Shown here in pieces: positions 27,969 to 40,766 of a stretch of DNA of 64,000 nt (within the stretch, counting starts at the first letter, position 1; each line of letters starts with the position of its first letter). The notes beneath the pieces are model-generated. The model had not been told where the DNA came from. It saw nothing but the letters and a program-made list of their open reading frames with translations, and made no database searches. Origin of the DNA: the human T2T-CHM13v2.0 reference genome, Homo sapiens; assembly GCF_009914755.1 (NCBI RefSeq), contig NC_060928.1; one strand, written 5' to 3'. Position numbers and translations under genes: made by a program.

Positions 27969-28429
27969 TACTTCCTACAAAGTGTATAATATATATCATA
28001 TCATATCTTAGTATGTCATATCATATAGGAGTAATTCAAATTCCACCAAAAAGCCATCATCTAAAAACACCACTATACACACTCGAGATTCAATACAACT
28101 ACAGTTACCCTCAAAAAGTGTAATAATGGGCAAGTTGAACAGTTAAAAGTTGAGATGGAATTTAGATTTAATGCATGAATTCTGCCCCAGACCATAGCTG
28201 TCCCTTGCCATATGGCTCCTAAGGGAAGCAGAACACAGGGAATACTGGAAGAGGGTCAAAAAACTAACTTTATTTTTAGCTGGGTTTGGAGCCCTAAACT
28301 CAAGTGAAGCCTCCTCTAGGAAGCTGAAATTTGCTGTGTATTACACTAAAGACCTAAGGGGCCTCTAAGTCCACACTGGAACTTCAGGTCTTATTCTCTG
28401 TAGCCAACTAAAGAGGGAGAGACAGAAAA

Positions 28430-28788
28430 TAGCTAACTCTAGAGGAGACCCTGAGTCTGGAGGAGACCATACTAGAGATGTACCTGAGGAGTCATTTGCC
28501 TAGAGCTGGTATTGCATGTTTTGAAACTACCAGATGAAATCATCCCGTCTGTGCATGAATGGGAAAGAAAGATCAAAACTGAGCCCTGAGGAGATGAGGA
28601 AGCACCATCTAAGATTGAAGGAGTATCCAGAATGAATAAAATAGTGAGTTTATGCTATCCCTGGAGCCAAGAGAGAAAAAAATACTTCGAGTGTATATTC
28701 TATTATTCAAATTCTACTAATGGTCAAACAAGAAGAGGACTGAGAAATGGCCACTAGGTTTAGCAACATTGAGAATTGGTGACTTTGC
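28430..28788 (-). mobile_element. L2 LINE fragment
   Basis: ggagtcatttgcctagag...ggagccaagagagaa...gaggactgagaaatggccactaggtttagcaacattgag...ggtgactttg. Confidence 0.78.
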
Positions 28789-28809
28789 ATACTCAATAGT
28801 GATGATGGA

Positions 28810-29017
28810 AGTCCCTGTTTCACCACTGACTAGCTATGTCATCATGGGCAATCTTTGATTTTTTATCTCTTAAAACTGTAGTCTGGAAGTCATAATAACA
28901 ATAATAATAATAATTCCTAATTCTGTGGGTAGTTTTGCATATTAAATGAGATGACACATAAAATGCTCAACATAAGGCCTGTCACAACACAAGCATTCAA
29001 ATATTAGCTGGCTATTA
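28810..29017 (+). mobile_element. MIR fragment
   Basis: ccactgactagctatgtcatcatgggcaa...attaaatgagat...gcattcaaatattagct. Confidence 0.78.
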
Positions 29018-30727
29018 GGCCTGGAAGGGTAGCAGAGGTCAAGGGCAAATCAATCTCCCTTGCCCTTATTTCTCACATGGGCACCATGAGATATTTCATA
29101 GTTGTTTCCCCACTTACATCAAACTAGTGCTTCGGCTTTCTAACTCTTTTATTCTCTCCTCCCTAGGATAAATCTTAGGAGTTATCCTTTCCCATACAGT
29201 TATGCATTTGCAAAATTAAATTTCACAGCATTTCCATGAGGCAAAGCAGCATAATGTGTCCTAAGTAGCTCCAGTTGCTTTTTAAGCAAATGTATTTTTG
29301 TACAAGAAACAAAAAAGCTGAACATCTCTTTTTCATCTGAAACTCAAACCCCAAGGTACTACTGCCATCCTAAGCAGTTTTCAGTTACTGCTGAATACAT
29401 ATGCACACAGTAAATATGCATATGCAGTAACTGTGGAACATGTAAACTTCAAATTTATTGTACCTAATAAAATTGTGTGCTGAAATGGTCCTATCTGCCC
29501 ACAATATGTCTATGGTAGAATGCTGGTGACCTAATAAAAAAAAACTTTAATTCCCCTTTGACATTCTTCATAGTAGTAATCTCTGCGCTGACAGGTGGCT
29601 AGTAATTTCAAAAGTAATTATGGAGATACTATCTGCAGATGTTTGGGAATTTATTACAAAGTCTTGTAAATGGGTGCCATAGGAATATGTGGAAAATGAT
29701 GGCTGATATAACTTTTATTTTAAAGAGACACATTCTCCTTAGGAACATCTGGAAGACCTTGTGTGTGAAAGAATTAGAGGTGGGTAACAGGGACCATGCA
29801 GAGAACCTTGGCATTTCATAAGTACACACAGCTTCACAATGTCAGCAAGACATTCATTTCGTGCAGAGATTCTAAGTCTTTACCCTACATCACCTCCCTC
29901 TTGGGCTCAACTTCAGGACAGGAGCCAGATGGATAATTTCTCTCTATTCTTTTTCCAACAAAAGAACAAACCAGGACAATATATCAAGTTTATAACCGCT
30001 AGCAAAAGTCCATGGGTGTGCATAGATATATTTTCTTCCTACAAGTATTCTGTAAATGAAATGTTCTGCATGTAACTGGAATATAACTGCTGGTTATTCA
30101 GCTTCTCAAATGATAACAATTTTGAAAAAGTACAAGTATTATTTTTCTGGACCTCCATTTTGCTAAACAAATTAAACTAATGCCTATATACCCAAGGCGT
30201 ACAGGGTCTTATCCAAAGGCAGCTTTCTACTAGTTAACTATGAATTATATTTGACATTATTATTTACAATATAAAATGTATTAGCATAATATATCCCTGC
30301 CATGGTTAAATATTTCACTGTTAATAATAACACGAGCCCTATAAGATGTGTAGGTCAATGCATTATATGAATAATTTGTCCCCTAGTGATATCATGTTTC
30401 TGGGATTATTTCTCTTTAAAGCTCACGCTTTTTTACTTTAGCAGAGTAAAAAAGCTTTATCTATAAAAATGCCCTCTTCTCTATGCTGGTAATTACATAT
30501 CTGAAGTAAAATATTTAAACATTTATTCTTTATATTGCAGCCCTAAATTTTACTTAAAACAGTCATGTCCCTTGCTGACAATATTCTTCAAAATTTCAAT
30601 TCAAAAATTAATAACTCAAATAGTTTGATAACTTGTAACTGCAAGCTCTTCTTCAGAGATATTAAATATTATAAAGTACATTTGTATGGTACTTTGTGAG
30701 GCAATTTTACCTTTTATTATTTAGGTT

Positions 30728-30885
30728 TCACTACAATCTAGAGAAATAGGCAAAGTTGATTATTCTAGTTTCATCATCCTTGAAAGTGAAGCTAAGAAAA
30801 TAAAACAGCTTTTTGGATTACATGCCTAGCAGACATACAAACCAGAGAACATAAACTGAGATCTGATTCCTAATTGATCACTTTT
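30728..30885 (-). mobile_element. MIR fragment
   Basis: degenerate antisense MIR core and head. Confidence 0.5.
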
Positions 30886-31026
30886 GACTACTTATGTAGC
30901 TTCTGCAGCAAAAAAAATAAAAAATAAAGAATTAAAAAATTAAAAAATAAAAATTCACATTCTGAAAAGGAGACTTCACTTTCAAAATATCCAGCTCTTT
31001 CCTCCAGTTATCCACACTGGTTTTTG

Positions 31027-31612
31027 TGTATTAAAGAGTTAATCTTACCCAAAGAAAGGCCTGACTTTTGCCCTCATTACCTGGGAGGTGATCTCCAGGA
31101 AGAGTGTCTTTGTTTACTTGGGGCCTTGGCCACCAAACAGTCAAACAATGTGATTTATGACGGGGGCTCTGAGACATGTGGCATCTATGCTTAGGGAGAT
31201 GAAGGCTAAGGGGCAGCCATTCAGGCAGTCAACCATGGAGCCCCAGTAAAACTCTGGACATCAACGCTCAGATGAGCTTCTCTGGTTGGCAATACTGTGT
31301 ACATGCTGTCACAGTTGTCACACATCCTTGCTGGTAAGGTAATGTTGGCCATGACTCCACAGGGAGAGAATAATGGAAACTCCACATTTGGTACTTTTCT
31401 GGGCTCCTCCCTATGCACTTCTTCCCTTGGCAGATTTTAATTGGTATTCTTCACTATAATAAACCATAACTCTTGAATATAACAGTTTCCAGTGAGTTCT
31501 GTGAGTCTTCATAGCAAATTATCAAACCTGAAGGCAGTCTTGAGAACCCCGAAACTTGCAACTGGGGTCAGAAGTGAGAGTAGTCTTGTGAACTGTACTT
31601 TCTAACTTAACA
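31027..31612 (+). mobile_element. MER77-like (ERVL) solo LTR
   Basis: tgtattaaagagttaatcttacccaaaga...agtgtctttgttt...gagcttctctggttggcaatact...aataaaccataac...ends taacttaaca (TG...CA). Confidence 0.85.
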
Positions 31613-31820
31613 GTTGATTAATGTCTCACCTTCAGATGAATGCAATATTTCCTTGTAGTATCAATTAGTTAGTCCTTACCTTAAAAAGAGCCCCATTTTC
31701 ATTTCATCAGGAAAAATGTGTTTTCTTATAAAAATTATGTGAGAACTACCAAGATTTTTACTCTCAATACACAAAGGAACTACTCAGATGTAGTATACCT
31801 TGTCTCTCAGCAGTAGTCTA

Positions 31821-32188
31821 CAGATGTTCCTTGACGTACGATGGGATTATGTCCTCATAAACTCATTGTGACTTGAAAATATCATTACGTTAATAATGCT
31901 TTTAACACATCTAACCTACCAGTCATTGTAACTTAGCTTAACCTACCTTACCCTTGCTCAGAGCACTTACATTAGCCTAAAGATGAGAAAAATCATCCAA
32001 TATAAAGCCTATTTTAAGATAAAATGTTGAATATGTCATATAATGTATAGAATACTGTACTAAAAGTAAAAAATAGAATTGCTGTATGGATACTTGAAAT
32101 ATGGTTTCTACTAGTTGTGTATGGCTTTTGCACCATCATAAAGTCAAAAAATTGTAAGTTGAACCATCATTAAATCAGGGTCTGTTTG
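31821..32188 (+). mobile_element. MER47A (TcMar-Tigger MITE), full length
   Basis: cagatgttccttgacgtacgatgg ... ccatcattaaatcagggtctgtttg with TA flanks. Confidence 0.9.
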
Positions 32189-33764
32189 TACTTTCCTTGC
32201 TGTGATGGAAGAAACCAAACTAAAGTTTAATTTTCAATGTCCTAGATGTTATATGATAGTTCTTTTCTTCCTGTTATAACTAAATAAAACCAACAAGAAC
32301 ATGCATCATTTTCACTTGCAAAACATTAAATCATTTTTTCAGAAAATTTTGAGCAACACAAGTCAATCAAATTATGAAAAGAATATCCTGTATTAAAGCT
32401 CCTAAAAACACTAAGAAAACTAAGAAACTGATACCTGTACGTAAAACAAATCCAACTTGGAAAGTGCATAACTCAGTTCATAAAATTTTACGTATTCCTT
32501 AGGCACAAAACTCTGGGATCTAGGTTGTACATGCATCACTTAATTCCTCTTTTTCCAATAAGAAGGGGTGAAATAAGATCCTTAATCCCTGAAGAAGCTG
32601 TGGGCTCTAAACATCTTTGTAAATAGGGTTTCTCCCTACAGTGACCATTGAATATCTTTTTAGGCTTTAAAGTGTGCCAAAATTTAAGCTTTTCTATTGG
32701 AAAGAAATCTAAAATCAAGAAATTGAGTGAGAAATGTAAATCTCCTGGAAGATACCACTGAGCTTCCTAACATTTTCTCATTGCTATTTAAATTAAAGAA
32801 AACACCATTTTAAAAAAAATACTTTCCCAATGTCCTAACTTTATGATGATAGAGGCAAAGTGTCTCTAATTATTATTAATCTCAACAAAGATTAATTTAA
32901 GACCTAAAACATATTCAACTTACTAGAGATGGTGCAGTGATCTAAACAGTATCATTTGGTTTAATTTTCCCATGTCATCAGAGAGCATGTGGTACACATT
33001 CTTAAGAAAGTTTTGATAACTGTTAATAAACAATGTATTATATCCCAATCACCTTTTTAAATATTTTGATTTTGATTTTCTTCAAAGAACATTGAATTGA
33101 TAATATTGACTAATAAGGTATAAAATCATGTTGAAAGGGGAACATCAAAGTTATAATTTAATCTTGAAGAGCCCAGAGACAACTGAAAAATATACCCACA
33201 CTTAAAGATTTCTTTTCAAGTTTTAGTTGGTCAAATTGATTTTTCTCTTATTCTGCAAATTAAAGGGACATAATCCTCCCAAATTAATTAACTGTGTGTT
33301 TAATATCACCTGGAGTGAATAAGAAAATACCAAATAGGCATAACTCCCTAACCAAAAAAGGAAGGGCTGCATTGATATTATTTACACTCCCTTGTTATAT
33401 AGAGGTTCAAGTCAACCTGCTATAATCACAGCAGAGGGTATGAGATTTTAGATTCATGAGAACAAATGTTTTTCTTTATAGGCCTTTTGCTTTACAGGGT
33501 CACGAATCTGTGAGAAACAGCAGACTTTATGAGGATTTTTCCACGGGAAAATGTTCATGAATCTTAGTAATGGCCCAGTTATCATTTCATCAACATCACA
33601 CCAAATTTCACTGTAAAACCAAGGTTAGTGACTTCCTATTGGAAATGCAAATAAGGAAATTGGCACAAAAGTCCTCTGTATCTTTGATTAGAAAATGATT
33701 TCTCCCAAATTCCTTCCTCTAAACTTTGTTATCCTCTGCTCTCTTCTTTTCCCAACTTAGCAAA

Positions 33765-34025
33765 TTCCTGCTCTTTGTACAAGACTCAGGTCAAATCATC
33801 TCTGAAGCTTTCCCTGAGAAAATCTCACCTCTCCACATGAGGTCATAACACCATCCCTGTGCTCCTTTAATACTTGGTACTTAGCTCCATTAACACTTAC
33901 CTCTCTATATTGTAGTTCTTTGCTGAACCTTTTCAATTTTTGCGTCACCAGTACGTAGCCTCTGCAATGCCACATAGTAGGTATTCGGTCAATATTTATG
34001 TCATAAATGGATAAATAGTTGAAAG
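33765..34025 (+). mobile_element. L2 3' end
   Basis: aagactcaggtcaaatcatctctgaagctttccctga...ccacatagtaggtattc...aatatttatg...aatggataaat. Confidence 0.75.
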
Positions 34026-35160
34026 GAAGAAAAATGCCCCTGAAATTTTGGTTAGTTTTATTTATACTTATGTCCATAAAACACTGATAACCATGAACAG
34101 TGATATTTATTGCAAAAATCTTCATGAATCCAGAAAAGAAGTAAATAGAATGTCAAGTAATTTGTTATACCAAAACCAAATAGCAGCATGACATTTCTAC
34201 TTATAATAAAACAAAAATAACCACATATTTTTCTTCTGTCCTCAAGTTGTTCAATATCTATCATAATTTTAATAGTCCTGAATGCAATCCAAATGGTACA
34301 CTTATCTAATCACCTGAAAATAATATGACCAGCATATAAGCAATAAAAGTGGGTAAAATATTCAGTGGAAATGTTCATCTCACACAAGAATTCTTATCCA
34401 ACTCAAGTTTTTGGTTTCCTAGGTTACATAAATATTGAAAACACATTTAAAAAAATCAGTCTTGTTCACAGACTCTTAGAATCATTGAACCTTTAACTTT
34501 CCTAGCGGGAAGAGACCAGAAAGAGGGAAAAGTAGAGAAGCCAAAACACATAAAAATATTTACAAAGTGAGTTAAGCCTTCTTTATCTTACAGGTAAAGA
34601 AACCGAAACCCAGAGAGACTGAACAGTCTACAGAAGATCACCCTTCTTGTTGGCTTCAGTTTAAAATGAAAGGCAACCTAACATAGTTCAGAATATCCAT
34701 TTAACAGTGTTATTCTGCTATCTGCCACTGATGCCTCTGAGCTTTATGAGTGCTTTATGAGAAGAACTGAGAGCCTTTATGAGATAAAAATGCAAAGTTT
34801 GGATGCTGGTAATTTACCCCAGTTTTTCTCTAAACCAATTCTACCCCTACACTAAGATCTTATTTATATGTTTGCTTAGCATCATTCTGAGTCATTACTA
34901 CAGACTGCACTGCTTGCCCTTTTCAGTCATGGGACAAATACATGCAATTTGTTATCAGATTTACTAAATAAGAGGTTTTGCTTAGTTAAAACTCTCCTAT
35001 TGAAAAAGTCATTTCAAAGACTAAATCCTACTGATAATGACTGAGAAACAGCAATGTGTGCTTGTGGAGTTTGTTTGTTAATGACTGCTGATTTCCCTAG
35101 AGGTTACCCTTCAGTATCTAGAGAGATGTGTCTTATATTTGAATATTAATGAAAGTCACC

Positions 35161-36232
35161 TGTGAAACTATCAAAGTAAAGTTGCAACAAACAGCTTAAA
35201 CAGGACAGGAAGACTTTATTCAAGACTATTCCAAGATGGGAGAGAGATTTAATGCAATGTGATGAAACAAAAGGCAGGGGAGTTTTTAAGTGCTAGCAAG
35301 GCCTAGTAGAAAAGCACTGGAGGATGTCAAGGGGAGGCTGGTCAATGTGATTAGACCATCTGTGTTTTCTAGTTGGTACTTATTGAAGTTACACTCTTAC
35401 CCTCCTCAGAGGGTGAGCAATAGAGGCACTCTCTTGATGACTACATTTCAAAGTAATGACACTCAGGTCCTTTCTTTTTCTTTTTAATGAATTGTATTGT
35501 GTATATTTAAAGTATACAACGTGATGTTATGAGATACATAGATAGTAAAATGGTTACTATAGTGAAGCCAATTAACATATCCAACAATTCACATAGTTAC
35601 CCATTTTTTTAAATGTGGCAAGAACATGTACAATCTACTCATTTAGCAAAAATCCCAAATATAAAACACTACTATTACCTTCTCATGCTGCATATTAGAC
35701 CTCTAGACTTGTTCATCCTACGTATCTGCTATTTTGTATCCTTTGACCTACGTCTCCCATTTCCTCCCATTTGATTTTTTAAGATTCTACAAATAAATGA
35801 GATCATGTGATATTTTTCTTTTTGTATCTGGCTTACTTCACTTAGCATAATGTTCTCCGGCTTCATCCATATTGTGGCAAATGGTACAACACTTGTTATT
35901 TCTTGTATTTTTGATAATGGCAATCCTAATGGGTATGAAGTGGCATTTCACAGTAGTTTTTATTTGCATTCCCCTGCTGATTAGTGATGTTGAGCATATT
36001 TTCATAAACCTCCTGGCCATTTTTATGTTTTCTTTGAGAAAGATATTCTTGGGTTTTAAAACTGGCAAGAGGCTGGGAGTATTTACATCTCAAAGGGGAA
36101 GAGAAAGAAGTTATAATAGAAAGTTTTCTAAAGTTAAATACCATAAGAAAAGGTAGGTCAGGGCCTTGGGTCATAAAGAAACCTATCTATAAAGTTTAAC
36201 AAAGCTGATGGGAAAATTAAAGCTGTCTTTTT
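35161..36232 (-). mobile_element. MER31-family (ERV1) solo LTR split by an L1MA tail
   Basis: gactttattcaagactatt...ggtcaatgtgattagaccatctgtg...caggtcctt | gagaaagatattcttgggttttaaaactggcaagaggctgggag; the halves join once the insert is removed. Confidence 0.85.
35471..36041 (-). mobile_element. L1MA7-9-like 3' end, internally deleted
   Basis: T-rich tail, gtatatttaaagtatacaacgtgatg, ggcttacttcacttagcataatg, ttgcattcccctgctgattagtgatgttgagcat. Confidence 0.9.
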
Positions 36233-36234
36233 AA

Positions 36235-36345
36235 ATACCTGTTAAATAAAGTCCTGAGCCCAACCATTCTTATTCAATAGGCTCTGTTGTGAGCCCAGGA
36301 AATTTGCATTTTTAACAAACACATCAGTGATTCTCATGCAGAAGT
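36235..36345. mobile_element. MER5A-like fragment
   Basis: attcaataggctctg...gcccaggaaatttgcatttttaacaaacac...gtgattct. Confidence 0.65.
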
Positions 36346-36452
36346 TTCATGTAATAGCAAACAGATTTCAACTCTTATCAATTGATTGGCTTGTTTAAGG
36401 CCTGTATTAAGAATACTGAGACAATATTCAGGCTCAGAAAGAGGGCTATGAT

Positions 36453-36536
36453 CAATGAGTGACATCTTCAATGAGCAAAGGATAGGAGAGGGACAATGAG
36501 TGACATCTTCAATGAGCAAAGGATGAGAGAGGGACA
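36453..36536. repeat. 41-bp tandem duplication
   Basis: caatgagtgacatcttcaatgagcaaaggat(ag/ga)gagaggga twice. Confidence 0.95.
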
Positions 36537-36784
36537 GGGTGTATAGGCATGCTATGTAATTGCCATCTGCCCTGGGTATTTCCATGATGGTGCAACTCCC
36601 ACCTATGGTCAGTTAACCATTTCATCCAAAAAAAGAAAAACAGAGATAAAAGAAAAGTTAAATCCTTAAAGTCTATTTACTGAGTGCCCAAGGACTTTAG
36701 TGAGCCTTGAAATATCACAACTTTAAAGAGAAGCTACATGGCTTAAATAATTTGAACAGCAGAGCAAATTTTCCATTTGTGAGT

Positions 36785-37801
36785 GAAAATTTAGAGGCCT
36801 ATTATCTTGAAGTCATTTCAGAGGGTCCAGTGATCTGAAGCATGGTAGTGGTACCTTCCTTCCAAAGTTCAAGATAAGTTGTTAAGCCATGAACTCACCT
36901 ATCATTAAAAAAGAGGTACAATGCTTGGTAGGTCTTCTTGGAATTAGGAGGTAACATACATCATATTTGAATACACTGCTCAGACCCATTTATTGAATAA
37001 CCCCAAAGGCTGCCAGTTTTAGGCAGGGCCTAGAGCAATGGAAAGCTCTGCAGCAGGACTAAGCTGAAATACAGGTAGTCACTTCAGATTTAGGATCCGG
37101 CAGATTCAATGATAGTCAAAGTGTCTGTGGCAAACACAGGTGCTGGATGAAGACTTTGGCAAGATCCTAAAGGAGAACAGAATCACCAAATTTTAGAAAA
37201 ATAAATGTGCCTTCTTCTGTAGATAACTTGTGGGTAACTATTTTCCTTTTGAAAAATAGCTTCTAGCTTATCAGTGGGTCCTAATGGAGACTGTACCCTC
37301 TGAGTATGAGACATTAAGGAACCATATGACCTGAGATATCCATTTTGAGATGATGTTACATGATACTTACAAACTACAATGTTGGCTGATGGAAGCAAAT
37401 CATCATCAAGTGAAAATAGTATATATGTGACTAGGCTTGTAGAGACGTGGATGGCAGAAATAAGTTACATGAGCAGGTGGTCACACTCCTATGCCACCTA
37501 CTCCTGCTTTATTGTCCCCTCTCCCCTAATCCACACTCAGGACTTCATGGATAATTACCTTTGATAATTTGAGCAAGGAAGAAAAAGTCTTAGTTTATAG
37601 ATGGTTTAGCATAATGTTTTTACAACCTAAAAGGAGCCTGCAATTACACACCCACTGAGCAAAGCCAACTATGAAATGCCACTGGAAAAAAAATGTGGTG
37701 AAGGAATCCTCCCAGTGGGTAGCACTTCATACAGTTTACCTGGTTTTCTACTTTGTCTATGCTGAGAAATTCAGAAGTACAGACCTAAAGTAACTTGTGG
37801 T
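36785..37801 (+). mobile_element. ERVL internal pol fragment (5' of the L1 insertion)
   Basis: gggtccagtg, ccttccaaagttcaagataagttg, cagacccatttattga, aaggctgccagtttt, aagctctgcagcagg, aatcctcccagtggg. Confidence 0.85.
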
Positions 37802-38514
37802 GATGGACCTAATAGATATTTACAGAACATTTCATCCAATGGCTCCAGAATACACATTCTTTTCCTCAGTGCATGAATCATTCTGAAGCATAGACCATAT
37901 GTTAGGTCACAAAACAAGTCTTAAAACATTTAAAAATTGGAATAATATCAAGCTTCTTCTCTGATCACAATGGAATAAAACGAGAAGTCAATAATAAGAG
38001 GAATTTTGGAAACTATACAAGCACATGGAAATTAAACAATATGCTCCTGAATGACCAATGGGTAAATAAAGAAATTAAGAGGGAAATTGAAAATTTTCTT
38101 GAAACAAATAATAATGGAAACACAATATACCAAAAATTATGATACAGTGAAAACAGTACTGAGAGGAAAATTTCTAGCAGTAAGTGCCCACATCCCAAAA
38201 GAAAAAGAACTCCAGATAAGTAAACTAACAAGGAATATTAAAAAACTAAAAGCAAGCACAAACAAAACCCAAAATTAGTAGAAGAAAACAAATAAAAGTC
38301 AGAGCAGACATCAATGAAATTGAAATGAAGAAAACAGTACAAAAAATCAATGAAATGGAAAGTTGGTGTTTTGAAAAGATAAAGAAAATTAAGAAATCTT
38401 TAGCCAGAGCAACTAAGAATAAAAGAGATGAGACCCAAATCACTAAAATGAGAGCTGAAAAAGAAGACACTACAACTGAAACTGCAGAAATTCAAAGGAT
38501 CATTAGTGGCTACT

Positions 38515-40766
38515 TGATATGGTTTGGCTGTGTCCCCACCCAAATCTCATCTTTAATTTCCACATGTTGTGGGAGGGACCTGGTGGGAGGTAACTGAATC
38601 ATGAGGGTGGGTCTTCCCCATGCAGTTCTCATGATAGTGGATAAGTCTCACAAGATCTGATGGTTTTAATAAGGGGAGTTTCCCTGCACAGGCTCTCTTG
38701 TCTTGCCAGCCGCCATGTGAGACATGACTTTCACCTTCTACCATGACTGTGAGGCCTTCCCAGCCACATGGAACTATAAGTCCAATAAACCTCTTTCTTT
38801 TGTAAATTGTCCAGTCTCAGGTATGACTTTATCAGCAGCGTGAAAATGGACTAATACAGTAAATTGGTACCAGTAGAGTGGGTTAATGCTGAAAAGATAT
38901 CTGAAAATGTGGAAGCGACTTTGGAACTGGGTAACAGGCAGAAGTTGGAACAGTTTGGAGAGCTCAGGAGAAGAAAGTATAATGTAAGAACGTTTGGAAC
39001 TTCCTAGAGACTTGTTGAATGGCTTTGACAAAAATGCTGATAGTGATATGAACAGTAAGGTCCAGGCTGAGGTGGTCACAGATGTTGGGAACTGGAGCAA
39101 AGGTGATTCTTGTTATGTTTTAGCAAAGAAACTGGTGGCATTTTGCCCCTGCCCTGGAGATTTGTGGAACTTTGAACTTGAGAGAGATAATTTAGGGTAT
39201 CTGGCAGAAGAAATTTCTAAGCAGCAAAGCATTCAAGAGGTGACTTAGGTGCTGCTAAAGGCATTCAGTGTTATAAGGGAAGGAGAGCATGAAAGTGTGG
39301 AAAATTTGCAGCCTGACAGTATGATAGAAAAGAAAAAACTCCATTTTCTGAGGAGAAATTCAAGCCTGCTGCAGAAATTTGCATAAGTAACAAGGAGCCA
39401 AATGTTAATCCCCAAGACAATGGTGAAAATGTCTCCAGGGCATGTCAGAGGTCTTTATGGCAGCCCTTCCCATCACAGGCCCAGAGGCCTAGGAGGAAAA
39501 ATGGCTTCATGGGCCAGGCCCAGGGTCCCTGTGCTATCTGCAGTCTATGGACTTGGTGCCCTACATCTCAGCTGCTCCAGCCATGACTAAAAGGGGCCAT
39601 GGTACAGCTTGGGCTGTGGCTTCAAAAAGTGCAAGCCCAAAGCCTTGGCAGCTTCCACATAGTGTTGAGCCTGTGGGCACAGAGAAGTCAAGAATTGAGG
39701 TTTGGGAACCTCTGCCTAGATTTCAGAGGATGTATGGAAACACTTGGATGTCAGGCAGCAGTTTGCTACAGGGGTAAGTCTCTCATGGAGAACCTCTGCT
39801 AGGGCAGTGCGGAAGGGAAATGTGGGGTTAGAGCCCCACACAGGGTCACCACTGGGGCACTGTCTAGTGCAGCTGTGAGAAGAGGGCCAACCATCCTGCA
39901 GATCCCAGAATGGTAGATCCACCAACAGCTTGCACCATGAGCCTGAAAAAGCCACAGACACTCAACACCAGCCTGTGAAAGCAGCCAGGAGAGAGGAAGT
40001 ACCCTGCAAAGCCACAGGGGCGGAGCTGCTCAAGACCATGAAAACATACCTCTTCCATCAGTGTGACCTGGATGTGAGACATAGAGTCAAAGGAGATCAT
40101 TTTGGAGCTTTAAGATTTGACTGCCCCACTGGATTTTGGACTTGCAAGGGGCCTGTAGGCCCTCTATTTTGGCCATTTTCTCCCATTTGGCATGGCTGTA
40201 TTTACACAATGCCTGTATCCCCATTGTATCTATGAAGTAACTAACTGGTTTTTGATTTTACAGGTTCATAAGCGGAAGGGATTTGCCTTGTCTCAGGTGA
40301 CACTTTGGACTGTGGACTTTTGAGTTAATGCTGACATGAGTTAAGACTTTGGGGGACCGTTGGGAAGGCATGATTGGTTTTGAAATGTGAGGACATTAGA
40401 TTTGGGAGGGGCCAGGGATAGAATAATATGGTTTAGCTATGTCCCCACCCAAATCTCATATTGAATTTCGATGTGCTGTGGGAGGTACCCAGTGGGAAGT
40501 AACTGAATCATGGGGGCAGGTCTTTCCCATGCTGTTCTCTTGACAGTGAATAAGTCTCACAAGAGCTGATGGTTTTAAAAAGGGGAGTATCCCTGCACAA
40601 GTGTTCTTCTCTTGTCTGCCACCATGTAAGATGTGCCTTTCACCTTCTGCCATGATTGTGAGGTCTTCCAGCCACGTGGAACTGTAAGCCCAATAAACCT
40701 CTTTCTTTTGTAAATCGTCCAGTGTCGGGTACGTCTTTATCAGCAGCATGAAAATGGACTAATACA
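38515..40766 (+). mobile_element. Complete THE1B-like MaLR provirus (LTR 38515-38858, internal 38859-40423, LTR 40424-40766)
   Basis: two t(g/a)atatggttt...ggactaataca LTRs, internal start gtaaattggtaccagtagagtggg, purine tract gggaggggccaggg, perfect 5-bp TSD ctact at 38510-38514 and 40767-40771. Confidence 0.97.

Noticed and set aside
38774-40235. ORF cluster in the THE1 internal region
   Set aside because: Decayed MaLR internal ORF fragments and antisense frames; no intact long ORF
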